NCBI RefSeq assembly: GCF_011386835.1
Contig: NC_088798.1
Location: 104,532,001-104,596,000, forward strand
DNA length: 64,000 bases
Origin: Chrysemys picta bellii
Lineage: Eukaryota
Direction of reading: 5' to 3'
The position numbers and the translations under genes were made by a program. Shown here piece by piece: positions 61,032 through 64,000 of the stretch (position 1 is the stretch's first letter; each line of letters begins with the position of its first letter). The notes under the pieces were generated by a model. The model did not search any database, had not been told where the DNA came from, and worked only from the letters and a program-made list of their open reading frames with translations.

Positions 61032-61744
61032 TGCCAATCTGCGGAGCCATCTAGTCAGAGATCCCCTTTAATAAATAAGTGCTCAAACAAACTTGGCGCC
61101 ACCATCCACTCAATGCCAACCAGGCAGAACTGTGCCAGGTTGGGATCTTTTTAATTACAGAGAGCCATCATATCTGCAGAATTTCCCTGCCTTTTACAGG
61201 AAGTGCCTTAAAACCCCCCCAGACTTTCACCGTTGCTCAAAACCATGACGAATATAAAATGGACTGTGAAGTGCCAGAGTTGTTATGGCCAAGCGACTGG
61301 CAGTAGCTCTCTGCTGTAACAGTGCCGAGAAGCAGAGCAGCTCTGCACTACAGAAGTGCCTGCGGGGCAGGAATTTTCTGTTAACGTGTTGTGATGTCCA
61401 CCACCATGAAATCCAGAGTATTTCACTCAGCAGAGCAAGAACAGCCTGGTTTTTAAAACACATTACCATTCTAAGTGATTTAGGATGAAAAGAGCATATG
61501 CTGTGGATTTTGTGATGAACTCTGTCATTCAAAGATTGGCTCTGAAGCTGGAACTCACGCCTTTAAAGTGACGTGGTGGCAGTGAACGCTCAATAAACCA
61601 TACTTATTTGGTACAACAGGCCCTGCTTTTCACTGCTTTTCTATCTCTAAAAAGACAAGTAACCACGCAGTGGGTTACCTGTGAGAGTCCCTTGCATCTG
61701 TGACTTAATCCATCATGAATATGTTCCAGATGGATGCTAAGAGC

Positions 61745-61972
61745 AGGTCTCGCTAGGGATTAAAGTATGGGATTGGGAGTCAGGATATTTGGGTTCCAGT
61801 CTCAGCACTGCCGCTGGCTTGGGGAGTCTCTTAACTGCTCCAAGCATCCGTTTCCCCATCTGTAAAATTAGGAAAATAAGTTACCTCCCCAGGGCATTTG
61901 AACTTGTTAATCATTGCTAAGCACTTAGAGAGCCTCAAATGGAAGGTGCTGCAGAAGCGCAGTGTATTATTA
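61745..61972 (+). mobile_element. MIR/CORE-SINE
   Basis: tgggagtcagga..tgggttcc, gtttccccatctgtaaaat, tail gtattatta. Confidence 0.65.
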
Positions 61973-62096
61973 GAACAACAAGGAGTTCAGTGGCACCTTA
62001 AAGCTTATGCCCAAATAAATCTGTTAGTCTTTAAAATGCCTCCGGACTCCTTGTTGTTTTTGTGGATACAAACTAACATGGCTACCTCCTGACGAC
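61973..62096. mobile_element. Internally deleted Penelope-derived palindromic mini-element
   Basis: 10-bp TSD tgtattatta at 61963-61972 and 62097-62106. 13-bp inverted repeat aacaacaaggagt / actccttgttgtt. Same gtggcacctta..gttagtct and actaaca.ggctac motifs as 56758-56911. Confidence 0.8.
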
Positions 62097-62930
62097 TGTA
62101 TTATTAAAGTAGCTGATGAGTGCTGGGGAGTTCCCTCCCGCCAGGCTGTCCTCAAGAAAGGCGTTAGAAGTTTTTCACTTGTGCTGTTTTGTAATCCGCC
62201 ACTGGGAAGCGTTGCAGGACAGCGAGAGGCCCAGAAGCACATGTTTGCAGGTCATTGTTATTGGGAAGGTTTCCCACTAGAATCTCCTGGGCTTGAGCCA
62301 GCTTCATTAAGGGCGCAGAAAGTCTCCTGGTCTCCCCACATTCTCACCAAGATGCAGCTCCGCTTCTCTAGGGATTCAGGCAGGTGGGTGTAGTGATTTC
62401 AGGTGGCTTCCTGTTACTCAGACACATTCTGAGGTTGCAGTCCCTCCCCACCGTATTCTTGTCTACTATGTTCTCATTATTTCCCTCCCCAAATTCTTTC
62501 CTGGCTTGATGTGAAAGGCTGTTTTCCATCCCAATCCCTTTGAATTGACCCACTCGGTATTCTTTCTACACCCTCAGGTAGCAATGAAATTCTCTAACTC
62601 CATTAACTCTCTTTGCTCTTGGTTTGCTTCATGCTGGTGATCTGAGACCTAATTGATGCCTGGGAGTAAGCAGGCGCAAATGACTTCAGTGGAGTTGTAG
62701 CCACTTTGGTTAGAGCTGGATGTGGTCCACAATCTTTCGCCGGCAAGCCAAGACCGAACGGGACTTTCTTGTGAAAAAGCAGCCGCAATTTGCCTCTGCC
62801 CTCCGATTGTTTGTGGGTCATTGTAAGAACCGATGGAACATTAGGGTTGGCAGCATGATCACCAAATCATGCTCTGTGTACAGCATAGTTTCACACCGTC
62901 TGAAAGGGAATGGTAGCAAAACGTCCCGAG

Positions 62931-63180
62931 GCAGGGTGATCCAGTGGTTAGAGCACCAGCCTAGCACTTAGGAGACCCGGCCTCATCTCCCTGCTCCTTC
63001 TCAGACTTCCTGTTTGGACAAGTCATTTGATTTCAGTGGAGGTTAGGAGTTTAAATAGCCTCTCTGTGCCTCAGTTTCCCTGTAAAACAGGGATACTAGC
63101 GCTGCCCTGCCTCTCAGGGGTGTTGTGAGGATACAGATTGCGGATTGCTCAGATGCTAGGGTAATGGGCATCTAAGTACC
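62931..63180 (+). mobile_element. MIR/CORE-SINE
   Basis: agtggttagagca head, ggacaagtcatt, ctctgtgcctcagtttccc.tgtaaaa, gttgtgaggat. Confidence 0.65.
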
Positions 63181-64000
63181 CCACATAGATAGTCCCTTGT
63201 AGGTGTACCTCTTCCATGCTGTGGCGTTCTCAGAGAGACATTAGAGCAGGAAAAGCCCTACTAACTGATTCAGTCTCCTCCCACTGCAGGCTTGTTCCCT
63301 GCAGTGCATTATCCAGCATCTTAATGGCAAAGGTTTCAAGGAGTGAAGCTTCCAGCCTTTCCCTCTGGAGACTAGCTCACAACATCTCACTGCAAGATGT
63401 TTATCAGCCTCACTTTTCCCTTTCACCCTATTAGCTCCTAGTTATTCCCGCAGGCACCACCCCAAACAACTCCTCTCACTCCCCGGTGTTTATACCTTCC
63501 CCAGGTTTGTCGGCTGCTCTCAAGCCCTGCTTCCCTGTGTTATACAGAAGAGTGGCTGCAAAGAGTGGAGGTGTTCTTCTGGTTTGGTTTTGACTCTCTG
63601 TTTTAGTGATTGGAGGCAGCAGGACTGGATGGATTTTTTTTCCCTTGGCCTTTCGTATCGCCCAGGGTAGTGGAAAATTCCATCGGGATTCAGGAACAAA
63701 GCCGGCCTTTTTGTCACAATCAGTCAGGATCTTGAGCTGCGTGCCAAATCTTAGCAAAACAAATGTGTCCCAGAACACTGGGGAATCCCGCGTGCTGACT
63801 CAGAATTGCCCATTCCCGTGACTTGAGGGTCAGGCTTGCGTTTCGTATCGCCCCAGCTCCCGGAGACAAGTGATTCCATGCAGGCGTCAGCTCTTGTGTA
63901 TAAAGAAGGGACGTTTCTAGCCCTTTTGGCTGTGGAGGAAGGCCTGGAAATAGGACTCCTGGGCACCAGAGAAGAAGAACCCAGCTTTATGACATGTTTT

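Noticed and set aside
59742-64000. SMIM3 coding exon, expected next by synteny
   Set aside because: No small hydrophobic ORF resembling SMIM3 was recognised; it probably lies beyond the window.

Overview
Vertebrate genomic DNA, almost certainly from a cryptodiran turtle. The evidence is three copies of the tRNA-headed, CR1-tailed tortoise PolIII/SINE, plus turtle-type CR1, Penelope and GC-rich hAT MITEs. The gene order matches the conserved amniote block: SYNPO last coding exon (+, 4629-5651), MYOZ3 (+, 6 coding exons, 17087-23465, 269 aa), RBM22 (-, 11 exons, 26990-37948, 420 aa) and DCTN4 (-, 13 exons plus a 21-nt QHTIHVV microexon, 43456-58539, 460/467 aa). All exons were assembled by hand with GT-AG junctions and consistent phases; protein and repeat-family identities come from recall, not database searches. 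No SMIM3 CDS was found before the window ends. Most long ORFs in the supplied track are GC-rich shadow ORFs. I found no new protein-coding system. The observations most worth following up are: (1) a four-unit 43-47 aa Ser/Pro repeat expansion in the SYNPO C-terminus; (2) a 154-bp palindromic Penelope-derived insertion with a 13-bp TSD and a hammerhead-ribozyme-like core, with two relatives in the window; (3) TAGGGT-TIR hAT MITEs 350-400 bp upstream of both housekeeping start codons, one with a nested element; (4) a phased CCAAT cluster in DCTN4 intron 1; (5) ancient DeuSINE/AmnSINE1-like elements near the DCTN4 microexon and in MYOZ3; (6) a ~400-bp fold-back MITE in RBM22 intron 3.
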